A program made the translations under genes and the position numbers. This document shows positions 1 through 10,199 of a stretch of DNA of 64,000 bases, piece by piece (the stretch's first letter is position 1; the number at the start of each line of letters is the position of its first letter). Below the pieces are notes generated by a model that was not told the origin of the DNA, searched no databases, and saw only the letters and a program-made list of their open reading frames with translations. Origin of the DNA: an uncultured Hyphomicrobiaceae bacterium (lineage in GTDB: Bacteria; Pseudomonadota; Alphaproteobacteria; Rhizobiales; Hyphomicrobiaceae). The stretch lies in the NCBI GenBank assembly GCA_937873575.1, contig CALMPK010000336.1, forward strand, positions 26,624-90,623, given 5' to 3'.

Positions 1-145
1 GCTTTCTTCCGGCTGCGGCGGAGGCTTGGGGGCCCGGGCGGTTGCCGGCTCGAGGCCCATTGGCCGCGATATCGCCGGCACGGCGGGCGCAGCTGGCCTT
101 TTTCCAGGCTTTGTCACGACTGCTGTCTTGGCGGTGTCCATCTGC

Positions 146-742
146 TTATCCTTTATTCATGCGGGGCTGCACGGTATCGCGCTCACCCTCGGCCAAAAGC
201 GCAATTGCCTCTTCGAGGATGGCCTCGAGTGGACCACCCTCGCGTTCGGTCATCGGTTCGATCCGAAGCACGTTGCGGAGAATGTCGACGCCGACCAGCA
301 AAGCTACGATCACGGACGTTCTCCGGTTGTCGGAATGCCCGAGCTTGGTGGCAAGCGGATCGATCACCTCCTTGCGGATGAAGTCGCGCAGAACCGGCGC
401 GGCCGCCGGACTCATGAGCGATCGCACAATAACCTCGAACGGAGCGACCTCGTCGGATGTCCGTGGTCCTCGGTTGAACGCGCGCCTGGTCATTGCAGAC
501 GCGAGGTCGACCCGGTTGTCCTGCAGGAATCGGCGTGTCTGGAACAAGGACGTGATCGTCTCTGCGAACAGCCGCTCCTTCGAGCCGTAGCAGCGATGCA
601 CGTATGCGACATCGACGCCAACATCGGCGGCAATATCGCGCAGCCCCACCTCCTCGTATGAGGCCTTTGAGAACCGGAGGATGGCAGCTTGCAGGATCAG
701 CTCCCGCGTCGATGCTTTTGGCTTGCTCGTCTTCTTGCGCAT
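146..742 (-). CDS. TetR/AcrR-family transcriptional regulator
   Basis: TetR_N-type HTH (TRELILQAAILRFSKASYEEVGLRDIAADVGV). Divergent from the efflux operon. The ORF track extends to a TTG at 799, but the ATG at 742 leaves the operator palindromes outside the CDS. Confidence 0.85.
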   Translation of the reverse strand: MRKKTSKPKASTRELILQAAILRFSKASYEEVGLRDIAADVGVDVAYVHRCYGSKERLFAETITSLFQTRRFLQDNRVDLASAMTRRAFNRGPRTSDEVAPFEVIVRSLMSPAAAPVLRDFIRKEVIDPLATKLGHSDNRRTSVIVALLVGVDILRNVLRIEPMTEREGGPLEAILEEAIALLAEGERDTVQPRMNKG

Positions 743-794
743 GGCTCCGTCACAAAGTTCGATGTTCCCATTCGCAACTTCTATGCTACGGCTG

Positions 795-874
795 GTCAAC
801 AGTCGTTGACTTGGATCAAGGCTGTGATAGACGGTAGGGACTCCAAAGTCAACGGCCGTTGACTTAAATCAAGG
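795..874. promoter_or_regulatory. Tandem operator-like palindromes in the tetR/hlyD divergent region
   Basis: GTCAAC-N4-GTTGAC at 795-810 and 848-863, each followed by TTRRATCAAGG (811-821, 864-874). The two copies are 53 bp apart. Confidence 0.55.
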
Positions 875-936
875 CGCGGCGGGAAGGGGCCCCGTAGGAG
901 CGCGCTAGAAGCCCAATTGCCGGAAAAGGACCTGTC

Positions 937-2046
937 ATGGCCAAACCCTTCCAGTCCTCTCTCGAAAGCGCGCGGGCGTTTGCCAAGGGCAAGGAGCGCT
1001 GGCTGCTCGTCGCGCTGGCCGTGGCCCTGGCGGGCGGCGTGCTCGCCTGGCAGCGGCTCGCCAGCAGCGCGCTGCCCGCCGGTATCGCGAGCGGCAACGG
1101 CCGCATCGAAGCCGTCGATATCGACATCGCCACCAAGACGGCGGGACGCCTGAAGGAGATCCTCGTCGGCGAGGGCGAATTCGTTCGTGCCGGCCAGGTG
1201 CTGGCCAGTATGGATATTCTGGTGCTCGAGGCGCAGAAGAGGGAGGCCGAGGCGCAGCTGAAGCGGGCCGTGATCGGGGTTGAGAGCGCCAAGGCCCAGG
1301 TCGTGCAACGCAAGGCCGAGCATCAGGCCGCTGTCGCCGTCGTGGCGCAGCGCAAGGCGGAGCAAGCCGCCAATGTCAGCCGGTTCGCGCGATCGGATGA
1401 GCTTGCCTCGAAGCAGATCACGTCCCAGCAGGTGCTCGATGACAACCGCGCCAAGATGGAGAGCGGCAAGGCTGCGATCCTGGCCGCCGAGGCGCAGGTG
1501 GCGGCTGCACAAGCCGCCATCAGCGCCGCCGAGTCGGCAGTCATCAACGCCGAGGCCGCGATCGAGGCTGCGAAGGCCACCATCGAACGGTTGCAGGCCG
1601 ACATCGACGACAGCACGCTGAAATCCCCACGCGACGGCCGCGTGCAGTATCGGGTCGCGCAGCCTGGCGAGGTGCTGGCCGCGGGGGGACGGGTGCTCAA
1701 TCTCGTCGACCTCGGCGAGGTCCATATGACGTTCTTCCTGCCGACAGCTCAGGCCGGCAGGCTGGCGATCGGCAGCGAGGTCCGGTTGGTGCTCGACGCT
1801 GCTCCTCAACTCATCATTCCCGCCCGCGTCTCCTTTGTCGCGGATGTCGCCCAGTTCACTCCCAAGAGCGTCGAGACGACGGAAGAGCGCCTCAAGCTGA
1901 TGTTCCGGGTCAAGGCCCAGATCCCCCCAGAGCTGCTGCGCAAGCACATCCAGCAGGTGAAGACCGGGTTGCCTGGCATGGCCTACGTCCAGCTGCAACC
2001 TGACGCCACGTGGCCCACTAGCCTCAAGGGGACGCTGGTCCAATGA
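937..2046 (+). CDS. HlyD-family membrane fusion (periplasmic adaptor) protein
   Basis: N-terminal TM segment, long Ala/Gln/Glu coiled-coil hairpin, and C-terminal beta-barrel motifs ([15 protein letters not shown]). ATGA overlap with the next gene. Confidence 0.85.
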   Translation: MAKPFQSSLESARAFAKGKERWLLVALAVALAGGVLAWQRLASSALPAGIASGNGRIEAVDIDIATKTAGRLKEILVGEGEFVRAGQVLASMDILVLEAQKREAEAQLKRAVIGVESAKAQVVQRKAEHQAAVAVVAQRKAEQAANVSRFARSDELASKQITSQQVLDDNRAKMESGKAAILAAEAQVAAAQAAISAAESAVINAEAAIEAAKATIERLQADIDDSTLKSPRDGRVQYRVAQPGEVLAAGGRVLNLVDLGEVHMTFFLPTAQAGRLAIGSEVRLVLDAAPQLIIPARVSFVADVAQFTPKSVETTEERLKLMFRVKAQIPPELLRKHIQQVKTGLPGMAYVQLQPDATWPTSLKGTLVQ

Positions 2047-4838
2047 CGAACCTGCTCGACGACGAGGGCGCGCACGCGCCTATGCGGCCGGTCGCCCGGC
2101 TCGAAGGCGTATCGCTGTCTTATGGCCGCACGCGCGCGCTTGACGCCATCACGCTCGACATTCCGGCGGGCGCAATGGCCGGCTTGATCGGGCCCGATGG
2201 GGTCGGCAAGTCGAGCCTGCTCTCGCTCATCGCGGGCGCCCGCACCATTCAGGCCGGCCGCGTCGAGGCGCTCGGCGGCGACATGGCAGACGCCACCCAC
2301 CGGCGGCTCACCTGCCCGCGCATCGCCTACATGCCGCAAGGTCTCGGCAAGAACCTCTACCCGGTTCTGTCCGTGTTCGAGAACGTCGACTTCTTCGGTC
2401 GACTGTTCGGCCACAACCGGCGCGAACGAGAGCGGCGCATCGGCGCTTTGCTCGAGAGCACGGGGCTTGCGCCGTTCGCTAGCCGTCCGGCCGCCAAGCT
2501 CTCGGGCGGCATGAAGCAGAAGCTAGGCCTGTGCTGTTCGCTAATCCACGATCCCGATTTGCTGATCCTCGACGAGCCGACCACCGGCGTCGACCCCTTG
2601 TCGCGCCGACAGTTCTGGGAGCTCATCGACGAGATCCGCAAGAGTCGGCCGGGCATGAGCGTCATCGTCTCGACGGCCTACATGGAGGAGGCCGCCCGCT
2701 TCGATTGGCTCGCTGCCATGGATGCCGGCCGCGTGCTCGCGACCGGCTCGCCCGAGGCGCTGTTGAGGCAGACCGGGAAAGGGAACCTCGACGACGCCTT
2801 CATTGCGCTGTTGCCCGAAGAAAGACGCAGAGGCCACACCGAGGTCGTCATTCCGCCGCGGGAAGCCGACGGGGATGGCGACGCAGCCATCGAGGCCGAG
2901 AACCTCACGATGCGGTTCGGCGACTTCACGGCAGTCGACAACGTCAGCTTCCGCATCGCCCGTGGCGAGATCTTCGGCTTCCTCGGCTCGAACGGCTGCG
3001 GCAAGACGACGACCATGAAGATGCTGACGGGCCTCCTGCCGGCGAGCGGCGGAACGGCACGCCTGTTCGGCCAAGAGGTCGACCCAAGCGACATGGAGGT
3101 GCGCCGCCGCGTCGGCTACATGTCGCAGGCCTTCTCGCTCTATACCGAGCTGACGGTCCGGCAAAACCTCGAGCTGCATGCCCGCCTGTTCGGGCTCGCT
3201 CCCGGTACTATCCCCGGCCGCATCGTGGAGATGACCCAGCGCTTCGATCTTGGCGGCGTGATCGAAACCTTGCCGGATGCCCTTCCGCTCGGCATCCGCC
3301 AGCGTCTGTCGCTCGCCGTGGCTATGATCCACGCGCCCGAGATCCTGATCCTCGACGAGCCGACGTCCGGCGTCGATCCGGTCGCCCGCGACGGTTTCTG
3401 GCAGATCCTGTCGGACCTCTCGCGCAAGGACAAAGTGACAATCTTCGTCTCCACCCACTTCATGAACGAGGCGGAGCGCTGCGACCGCATCTCGCTAATG
3501 CATGCAGGCAAAGTCCTCGTGAGCGACCATCCGGCGGCGATCATCGAAAATCGACAGGCCCGCTCTCTTGACGAAGCGTTCATCGCCTACCTCGAGGAGG
3601 CTGTCGGGGAGGCGCAGCGGTCGGTGCCGGTCAGCCCGCCAGCAGCCATGCCGCGTGCTGGCGAGTCCCGAACCTCGGCTGAGGCGCCGGCGCCTGCGCC
3701 CGTCGAGCGCCGCTTCGACCTGCGGCGGATGCTGGCCTACACCCAACGCGAGGCCCTCGAGCTGCGTCGCGATCCAATCCGGCTCGCGATCGCCACGATC
3801 GGCACCGTCATCCTCATGTTCGTCGTCGGATACGGCATCAACATGGATGTCCAGAACCTGTCGTTCGCCGTGCTCGACCGTGACGACACGACGATCAGCC
3901 GCGACTATACCCTGCAGATCGCCGGCTCGCGCTACTTCACACAGAAGGCGCCGATCACCGACCACGCCGACTTCGACAGACGCATGCGCAACGGGGAGTT
4001 GAGCTTGGCGATCGAGATTCCTCCGGGGTTCGGGCGCGACCTGGCTCGGGGAAAAAGCGTCGCGATCGGGGCCTGGATCGATGGCGCGATGCCGACACGC
4101 GCCGAGATTGCCCGCGGCTACGTGCAAGGCATGCATGCGGCCTGGCTCACGCGGAAGACGCGTGAGCTTCTCGGCAGCGCGGCCACCGCCGGGTCCTTCC
4201 AGCTCGAGCTGCGCTACCGTTACAATCCCGATAACAAGAGCATTGTCGCCATGGTGCCCGCGGTGATCCCGCTGCTGCTCATAATGATACCTGCCATGCT
4301 CGCTGTGCTCAGCATCGTGCGCGAGAAGGAGCTGGGCTCGATCATCAACTTTTACGTCACGCCCGTTACCCGGCTCGAGTTCCTGATCGGCAAGCAGATC
4401 CCCTACGTCGCGCTCGCCTTCATGAACTTCCTCATGCTGGCGGCATTCGCAGTCTTCATCTTCAACGTTCCGCTGACCGGCAGCTTTCTGGCGCTGTCCG
4501 CCGCGGCTTTGCTCTACGTCATCGCGACGACAGGCATGGGACTGGCCATGTCGACGTTCATGAACAGCCAGATCGCAGCGATCTTCGGTACAGCGCTAAT
4601 CACACTCATCCCTGCCGTGCAGTTTTCGGGCATGACCGATCCGGTGTCCTCCCTGCGCGGCGCGGGTGCCGTCATCGGCAGCGTCTATCCGACGACTTAC
4701 TTCGTGACCATCTCGCGCGGCGTCTTCTCCAAGGCGCTCGGGCTCGGAGACCTGTGGGGCGCGTTCTGGCCGCTCCTGCTCGCCGGGCCAGTCCTGATCG
4801 CACTCAGCGCAGCCCTCCTCAGGAAACAGGCGAACTGA
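2043..4838 (+). CDS. Fused double ABC ATPase plus ABC-2 permease (RbbA/YhiH-like)
   Basis: Two Walker A motifs ([18 protein letters not shown]), two LSGG signatures with Walker B ([16 protein letters not shown]), and a C-terminal multi-TM ABC-2 domain. Confidence 0.9.
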   Translation: MTNLLDDEGAHAPMRPVARLEGVSLSYGRTRALDAITLDIPAGAMAGLIGPDGVGKSSLLSLIAGARTIQAGRVEALGGDMADATHRRLTCPRIAYMPQGLGKNLYPVLSVFENVDFFGRLFGHNRRERERRIGALLESTGLAPFASRPAAKLSGGMKQKLGLCCSLIHDPDLLILDEPTTGVDPLSRRQFWELIDEIRKSRPGMSVIVSTAYMEEAARFDWLAAMDAGRVLATGSPEALLRQTGKGNLDDAFIALLPEERRRGHTEVVIPPREADGDGDAAIEAENLTMRFGDFTAVDNVSFRIARGEIFGFLGSNGCGKTTTMKMLTGLLPASGGTARLFGQEVDPSDMEVRRRVGYMSQAFSLYTELTVRQNLELHARLFGLAPGTIPGRIVEMTQRFDLGGVIETLPDALPLGIRQRLSLAVAMIHAPEILILDEPTSGVDPVARDGFWQILSDLSRKDKVTIFVSTHFMNEAERCDRISLMHAGKVLVSDHPAAIIENRQARSLDEAFIAYLEEAVGEAQRSVPVSPPAAMPRAGESRTSAEAPAPAPVERRFDLRRMLAYTQREALELRRDPIRLAIATIGTVILMFVVGYGINMDVQNLSFAVLDRDDTTISRDYTLQIAGSRYFTQKAPITDHADFDRRMRNGELSLAIEIPPGFGRDLARGKSVAIGAWIDGAMPTRAEIARGYVQGMHAAWLTRKTRELLGSAATAGSFQLELRYRYNPDNKSIVAMVPAVIPLLLIMIPAMLAVLSIVREKELGSIINFYVTPVTRLEFLIGKQIPYVALAFMNFLMLAAFAVFIFNVPLTGSFLALSAAALLYVIATTGMGLAMSTFMNSQIAAIFGTALITLIPAVQFSGMTDPVSSLRGAGAVIGSVYPTTYFVTISRGVFSKALGLGDLWGAFWPLLLAGPVLIALSAALLRKQAN

Positions 4839-4841
4839 CCT

Positions 4842-5954
4842 ATGCGTCTCTCCCACATCCTCCAGCTTGGCATCAAGGAGCTGCGCGGCCTCGCGCGCGA
4901 TCCGATGCTGCTCGCGCTGATCGTCTATTCCTTCACGCTCTCGATCTATACCACCTCGCGCGCCATCCCCGAGACGCTCAACCGCGCGGCCATCGCCGTA
5001 GTCGACGAGGACCAGTCGCCCGTCTCCTCGCGCATGGTCTCGGCATTATATCCGCCTTATTTCATGGTACCCACGCTGATCTCACAGCAGGAGATGGACC
5101 GGCGCATGGATGCGGGGCTCGACACGTTCGCGCTCGACATCCCGCCGAACTTCCAGCGTGATCTCCTGGCTGGCAAGGTGCCGACCATCCAGCTCAACAT
5201 CGACGCCACCCGCATGACGCAGGCCTTCACCGGCGGCGGTTATATCCAGTCGATCGTCTCGAGCGAGGTCACCGAATTTCAGAGCCGCTATCGCAAGACA
5301 GCGAGCCTCCCTGTCGATCTGGAGCTGAGATCGCGATTCAACCAGGCGCTCGACAAGTCCTGGTTCGGCGCTGTCACGCAGGTGATCAACGCGATCACCA
5401 TGCTGTCGATCATCCTGACCGGCGCCGCTCTCATCCGCGAGCGCGAGCACGGCACGATCGAGCACCTCCTGGTCATGCCCGTGACGCCGCTCGAGATCAT
5501 GGTGAGCAAGGTCTGGTCGATGGGGCTCGTCGTGCTGCTCGCCTCCAGCGTGGCGCTGACCTTCGTCGTCCAGGGCCTGCTCGGGGTGCCGATCCAAGGC
5601 TCACTTGCGTTGTTCATGCTGGGTGCGGCGCTGCATCTCTTTGCCACGGCCTCGATGGGCATCTTTCTCGCAACCGTCGCCGGCTCGATGCCGCAGTTTG
5701 GCCTGCTCTTGATGATGGTCCTGATCCCGCTGCAGATCCTGTCTGGGGCCGTGACGCCGCGCGAAAGCATGCCGGGCATCATCCAGGAGATCATGCAGGT
5801 CGCACCCAACACGCACTTCGTCGCGCTGGCGCAGTCGGTGCTGTTCCGCGGCGCAGGCCTCGACGTCGTCTGGCCGCAGCTCGCGGCCCTGCTCGGCATC
5901 GGCGCGGTGCTGTTCATGCTCGCTCTGAGGCGCTTCAGGCAGTTCCTGCAGTAG
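4842..5954 (+). CDS. ABC-2 type transporter permease (YhhJ-like)
   Basis: Same architecture as the C-terminal half of the preceding gene: N-terminal TM, large loop, and five C-terminal TM helices. Starts 4 nt after the upstream stop. Confidence 0.85.
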   Translation: MRLSHILQLGIKELRGLARDPMLLALIVYSFTLSIYTTSRAIPETLNRAAIAVVDEDQSPVSSRMVSALYPPYFMVPTLISQQEMDRRMDAGLDTFALDIPPNFQRDLLAGKVPTIQLNIDATRMTQAFTGGGYIQSIVSSEVTEFQSRYRKTASLPVDLELRSRFNQALDKSWFGAVTQVINAITMLSIILTGAALIREREHGTIEHLLVMPVTPLEIMVSKVWSMGLVVLLASSVALTFVVQGLLGVPIQGSLALFMLGAALHLFATASMGIFLATVAGSMPQFGLLLMMVLIPLQILSGAVTPRESMPGIIQEIMQVAPNTHFVALAQSVLFRGAGLDVVWPQLAALLGIGAVLFMLALRRFRQFLQ

Positions 5955-6096
5955 GCCGGCGGCGAGCGATCGGGACATGGGATTGGGATGGGCGTCACCG
6001 AGGTGTGTCGCCGGACGACGCTGTGCATCGGCGATCAGATGATCCGCTTTCGCCTCGGTCGTCTCATCCCGGCATTGCAACAGGGAGCACGTCGAG

Positions 6097-6660
6097 ATGC
6101 CGCCATTGTTGAAACCGGCCCAAAGCATTTTGCTCTTTCTCGATCCAAGACCCGAGCATCTGGAGCGCCTGGATCCCGCAAGCCGAGCGCCGACAACCCA
6201 CAAACTGGCGACGGCGCACCGCGCCGCTCAGCTGGCCAGCGTGCCGATCCATCTAGCCAGTAACGGCACATTCGGGCCGGCGAAGACCTGGATCGTACTT
6301 GCAGCGCCGTTTGTCGCCGCCAACACGCACGACCTGCCGCCGACATCCGTTCAATGGCGTGAGAGCCCGCTCGGGATGGCTCTCGCCACGTCCGATCGCA
6401 ACAGCCTTGTCCTGTGCGGCTTCTGGCTCGAGTGCACCGCCACCTTCACGGCGCTTGCCGCAAACGCCGAGGGCATCGACGTCGCCGTGCTGATGGACGC
6501 AACACCACACTGGCACGCCGAGACGAAGCAGCCGGCGATCGATCGCCTGATGCAAGCCGGCGTTGTCCCGATGACAACGGCGCAGATGATCATGGAATGG
6601 GCCGAGGATGGGGCGGTCACGACCAAGCGGCAGCTCATGTCACTTCTGTCGGAATTCTGA
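6097..6660 (+). CDS. Isochorismatase-family (cysteine hydrolase-like) protein
   Basis: SILLFLDP beta-strand start and LVLCGFWLECTATFTAL segment with a conserved-position Cys. The C-terminal end (DRLMQAGVVPMTT) is typical of the family. The start codon is uncertain. Confidence 0.55.
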   Translation: MPPLLKPAQSILLFLDPRPEHLERLDPASRAPTTHKLATAHRAAQLASVPIHLASNGTFGPAKTWIVLAAPFVAANTHDLPPTSVQWRESPLGMALATSDRNSLVLCGFWLECTATFTALAANAEGIDVAVLMDATPHWHAETKQPAIDRLMQAGVVPMTTAQMIMEWAEDGAVTTKRQLMSLLSEF

Positions 6661-6975
6661 TCGTGAGAATAACCGGCGAGCGTCATGAAGCGACGACGCA
6701 AAATTTCGACCGCCGATTCACGAATCCATTAATAGGAAAATTGTGCGATGCATCAATAACATAGCCTTCACTCTTATTTTGGTTTTCGCCTGAAAAGTAA
6801 GTCGATTTGATATAATCTTAGAGCATGGAAATCAGCGCCATCAGCCGTTCGCGGCGGCGCCGTTCCAGGCTCCGAACGACGCCCGAGCTCTCGTGGCCGA
6901 GAGATCCGGTCAACGGCGCAGCGTTGCCTGGTCCGCAGACCGCGAGCCTGTCGAGCTCTTCTGCGTGAGCCTGTC

Positions 6976-7275
6976 ATGTCGTGCCGGAGATTCTACGTCG
7001 GACCCATGTGGCCACCCCCGCTCAGCGCCTACGACTACGTCTTGTTGCTCGACGAGCCAGATTGCGCCTGGGAGTTCCTCCGCCGCTGTCCCGCCTACCA
7101 GTGCGCCGCCAGGCTTGACTGGCCTCGACGCGCGCGACCAATCCGACATGCGTCCGGCGTGGTGATGTTCCGGATGCGCGGCCGTTGCCGCCGCGCGGAA
7201 GCCTGGCAGGTGTCGAGCTTTCGTCGCACCTTCAATCCGCGCGCCCCATGCACCCGTGGTCTGGCTCGCCCCTGA
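6976..7275 (+). CDS. FseA-like activator, N-terminal frame (WEFLRR-motif domain, DUF6499-type)
   Basis: Motif DEPDCAWEFLRRCPAYQ. Ends CGC CCC TGA at 7267-7275 and overlaps the next ORF, which lies in the +1 frame. Confidence 0.7.
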   Translation: MSCRRFYVGPMWPPPLSAYDYVLLLDEPDCAWEFLRRCPAYQCAARLDWPRRARPIRHASGVVMFRMRGRCRRAEAWQVSSFRRTFNPRAPCTRGLARP

Positions 7276-7804
7276 CCGGCTCGTCGAGTTGCCGGCGGTA
7301 GCGGACCGCGCCGGCTCCCCGGCCGACGCCGACTTCCGCGTCGATCGATTGCCGGCCAACACGCATCTCTGCATCGACGCCGTCGGCGGTCAGCACTTCA
7401 TCTTCAAGACGGACGCCGAGCGCATCGGCCTGCATTTCGACGGCGCGCTGGCCACGCTCGGACCAGTCCGCCTCACCTTCTCGACGGTCAGCCTGAGTGG
7501 GGTCTCGAAAGCCATCGATGAGTACGCGCTGTTGACCGAGATCCTGTTCCCCGATCCCGGCAAGGCCGCACCAAAGCTCAAGTCGAAACCCGTCACCCGC
7601 ATCGAGCTCCGCGATGCGCTGATCGCGCTGGACGGCAAGTGTTCCGGCGCCACCCGTCGCGAGATCGCTCGCGTCATCTATGGCGACGCGGCCGTTGCGG
7701 CCCAATGGTCGGACCCGACGGCCGGGATGAAGGACCGCATCAAGCGTTCGATCAAGCGGGGCGAGCGCCTGATGAACGGCGGCTATCGGAGACTTCTGCG
7801 CTGA
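7256..7804 (+). CDS. FseA-like activator, C-terminal frame (DUF2285-type domain); probably joined to 6976-7275 by a +1 frameshift
   Basis: The frame is open from 7166. C-terminal HTH-like tail (TRREIARVIYGD...IKRGERLMNGGYRRLL) is typical of DUF2285 proteins. The GTG at 7256 is probably not a real initiation site. Confidence 0.7.
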   Translation: MVWLAPDRLVELPAVADRAGSPADADFRVDRLPANTHLCIDAVGGQHFIFKTDAERIGLHFDGALATLGPVRLTFSTVSLSGVSKAIDEYALLTEILFPDPGKAAPKLKSKPVTRIELRDALIALDGKCSGATRREIARVIYGDAAVAAQWSDPTAGMKDRIKRSIKRGERLMNGGYRRLLR

Positions 7805-7908
7805 AGAATGAAAAGGGGGGCGTTTACAGCGGACGTGTAAACGCCCCTTCTCAGCCAGCGACATCGTCTGCAATTTCGCGGCGTCTTCTGTTCTCGAGAG
7901 GAGCCGTC

Positions 7909-8289
7909 ATGCCCAAGCTCAAGCCCATTCCAACCACCACCTCATCGGCCTCGCCCTACTACAGGCTCGAGGAGGCCGCGCGTTTCCTCCGACTTCGTCC
8001 GCGCACGCTCGATAACATGCGCGGTCGCGGTGTCGGCCCGGTCTATTGCAAGCACGGAGGGCGGATCATCTATCACCACGACGATCTCGTGACCTGGTCG
8101 AAAAGCTCGCGCCGCCATTCGTCGAGCCAGAGGGCGCACGACGAGCCTGCTCGCGACAATGATTCTGGCCGTAATGATGGCCGCCTCCCAAATCGCCCCG
8201 GCACACCGCCATCTCGTCGTCAATCTGACCGCAAGCATGCCGCGCGGGCTCTACCTGCTGTCGCGGGATCGATCCCCGCGCGAACTTGA
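7909..8289 (+). CDS. Excisionase/MerR-type HTH DNA-binding protein (RdfS-like)
   Basis: YYRLEEAARFLRLRPRTLDNMRGRGVGPVYCKHGGRIIYHHDDLVTW is an excisionase-family HTH. The last roughly 45 codons overlap traF and look non-native, so the true 3' end is uncertain. Confidence 0.65.
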   Translation: MPKLKPIPTTTSSASPYYRLEEAARFLRLRPRTLDNMRGRGVGPVYCKHGGRIIYHHDDLVTWSKSSRRHSSSQRAHDEPARDNDSGRNDGRLPNRPGTPPSRRQSDRKHAARALPAVAGSIPART

Positions 8290-8635
8290 CATCGTCGTCG
8301 TCCGGCTGACGCCCGCCGCCAACGCCATTGCGGTCTCGCGGGGGTACCTCGCTGCCTATCATCCTGTGCTGAAACGCGTCGCAGGTGTCGCCGGCGACCG
8401 CATCTGCCGCTTTGGCGGTACCGTTTCGATCAACGGCCGGCCGGCCGCGATCGCGCCCGCGCGTGATCGTGCGGGCCGCGCGCTGCCGCGCTGGCACGGC
8501 TGTCTGCACCTGCGCCCGCGCCAGCTGTTCGTGCTCAGCACCGCAGCCGGCAGCTTCGACAGCCGCTATTTCGGCGTCGTCGAGCAATCTGCCATCGTCG
8601 GCATCGCCTATCCTGTGTGGATCATCCGTCCTTGA
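8159..8635 (+). CDS. traF: Conjugative transfer signal peptidase TraF (S26 family)
   Basis: Signal-anchor followed by NLTASMPRGLY. S26 motifs KRVAGVAGD and SFDSRYFG. Confidence 0.85.
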   Translation: MILAVMMAASQIAPAHRHLVVNLTASMPRGLYLLSRDRSPRELDIVVVRLTPAANAIAVSRGYLAAYHPVLKRVAGVAGDRICRFGGTVSINGRPAAIAPARDRAGRALPRWHGCLHLRPRQLFVLSTAAGSFDSRYFGVVEQSAIVGIAYPVWIIRP

Positions 8636-8792
8636 ACGGTGCTGCACGGCAGCGCCGCTGCGCGCCGCCGTGTCTTGATCGAATTGATCAAGATAAACAG
8701 TGCGCGCAGCGTCAATGCGACCATCGATGCGGACCAGCATGCCTCCGATCCTCGGAATTGCGATCTCTGGACGACTAAGATTATGGGCGGGC

Positions 8793-8820
8793 CCGGCCTC
8801 GGCATGAGGGCCGAGGCCGG
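8793..8820 (+). terminator. GC-rich hairpin downstream of traF
   Basis: CCGGCCTCGGC (8793-8803) pairs with GCCGAGGCCGG (8810-8820) across a 6-nt loop. The following U-tract is weak. Confidence 0.4.
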
Positions 8821-9405
8821 TCGTGCTCTATGGCGCGGCAAAGCCGGCCGCGCCACCGAGCCGCCGTGCGAAGTGCCGGCGTCTCGGCCCATCCGGGTTA
8901 CGATCACTCCCGCGCGCCTCGCCGTGAGCGCATCGCTTCGATGGCGAAGGCGTCGCAGTTGCGACCACGAATGTCAGCTGCATCGTGCATTCGATAAGCC
9001 ACCACGGCTGACGGTTCGATACTCTGCGTCGGCATCGCACTCGAGCCACCACGTCGGCGTTGCGCGCGTAGCTCTCTTCTCGCAACGGCACCACCCGGAA
9101 CTGCCCGCGATCGGTGCCGACGTGCTGCGTCACCTCGGACGGGCACTAACGCACACCAGCTCGCATCCGTTCGCGTACTGGCTGATCCTACCTCGCGCCG
9201 GCTGCTCCCATCGGTGCGTGCGGACGCCACACCCCGCCGATTGATACGCGACGGTGTGGCAGGCGTCGCCTTCGAGACAAGCCGGCGAAGAGCCGGCTCC
9301 TCCACTGCGTTCCGGCCCTGCGGGTGTCTCAGGCTCCAGCCCGCCACGATGGTCGCGTACCGGCGGGGGATGGACCTCCGCCGGATCAACCGAAAGGACC
9401 ACGTC

Positions 9406-9729
9406 ATGGCTACCATCGGATCTGTCACCAAGCGCGACGACGGCCGCTACGAGGGCGAGCTGCGTACCCTCTCCGTCCGGGCCGAGATCATCATCCTGCC
9501 CGTCACCGACAAGTCGGCGGCCACCCAGCCCGATTACCGGGTGCTGAGCCAAGGCATTGAGATCGGGGCGGGCTGGATACGCACCGGCCAGATCTCCGGC
9601 AAGGAGTACGTGGCGCTGTCGATCGCCGCACCCGAGCTCGGGTCGCGGACGCTCTACGCCAACCTCGGCCGGGCTGCCGGGCAGACCGAGCCCAACGTCT
9701 ACGCCCTGATCTGGAACCCGCAGGACTGA
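9406..9729 (+). CDS. DUF736 domain protein
   Basis: MATIGSVTKRDDGRYEGELRTLSV...DYRV...IEIGAGW is the DUF736 pattern common on alphaproteobacterial ICEs and plasmids. A paralogue lies at 35324-35638. Confidence 0.85.
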   Translation: MATIGSVTKRDDGRYEGELRTLSVRAEIIILPVTDKSAATQPDYRVLSQGIEIGAGWIRTGQISGKEYVALSIAAPELGSRTLYANLGRAAGQTEPNVYALIWNPQD

Positions 9730-9739
9730 GGTCCGCGAC

Positions 9740-9765
9740 GCCCCGCGCCGGCGACGGCGCGGGGC
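9740..9765 (+). terminator. Hairpin immediately after the DUF736 gene
   Basis: GCCCCGCGCC (9740-9749) pairs with GGCGCGGGGC (9756-9765) across a 6-nt loop, 11 nt after the stop codon. Followed by ACTTCGCATGTTACTTT. Confidence 0.5.
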
Positions 9766-10199
9766 ACTTCGCATGTTACTTTCCTGCGTGCTTTGCGGCA
9801 GCCGAAAGAGCCCACCCACCCGCCCTGCAGCGGTGGAGTCGATGGCTATCGTCCAGCCTCCGGCACAGTCCTTTTGTGCTGCGACATCGGCATTGGCCCC
9901 TCGCCTCGTCCCGCTTGAAATTTGTCGTCGTCGTGCTCGTCTCCGGCATCGCGAGGCACGCGGTTTGCCTGTAGCGTCGCTGCCGCACATTGTGTTGCGG
10001 TTCTGCCGGGCGTCATCGTCCGCCGGCGAGTTTGTGATGCTGACAACAGCCGGTTTTACGCAGTCGTTCTCTCTGCTTTCTCCGATGGCAATCCGGGCAT
10101 TTTTCATTCAACGTCTTTTCGAATTTCACGTCCCGGCTTCATTCGGACCCGAGATAACGAACGGATGCCCTTGGGCAGTTGAGTGCATTTCCGGGCAGA

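Noticed and set aside
796-2043. 415-aa ORF antisense to the HlyD gene
   Set aside because: It is Arg/Gly/Leu/Asp-rich with no motifs and mirrors a well-supported gene on the other strand. This is a typical high-GC antisense ORF artefact.
6816-6822. Heptamer TCTTAGA present in both AT-rich junctions (6816-6822 and 38336-38342) as a possible att core
   Set aside because: Seven nucleotides in AT-rich DNA is within chance expectation, and there is no extended flanking identity. It is noted only as a place to look.
8639-9431. ORFs 8639-9244 (+) and 8904-9431 (-) in the traF-DUF736 gap
   Set aside because: Their composition and lack of motifs argue against coding. I treated the region as non-coding or decayed (see finding).
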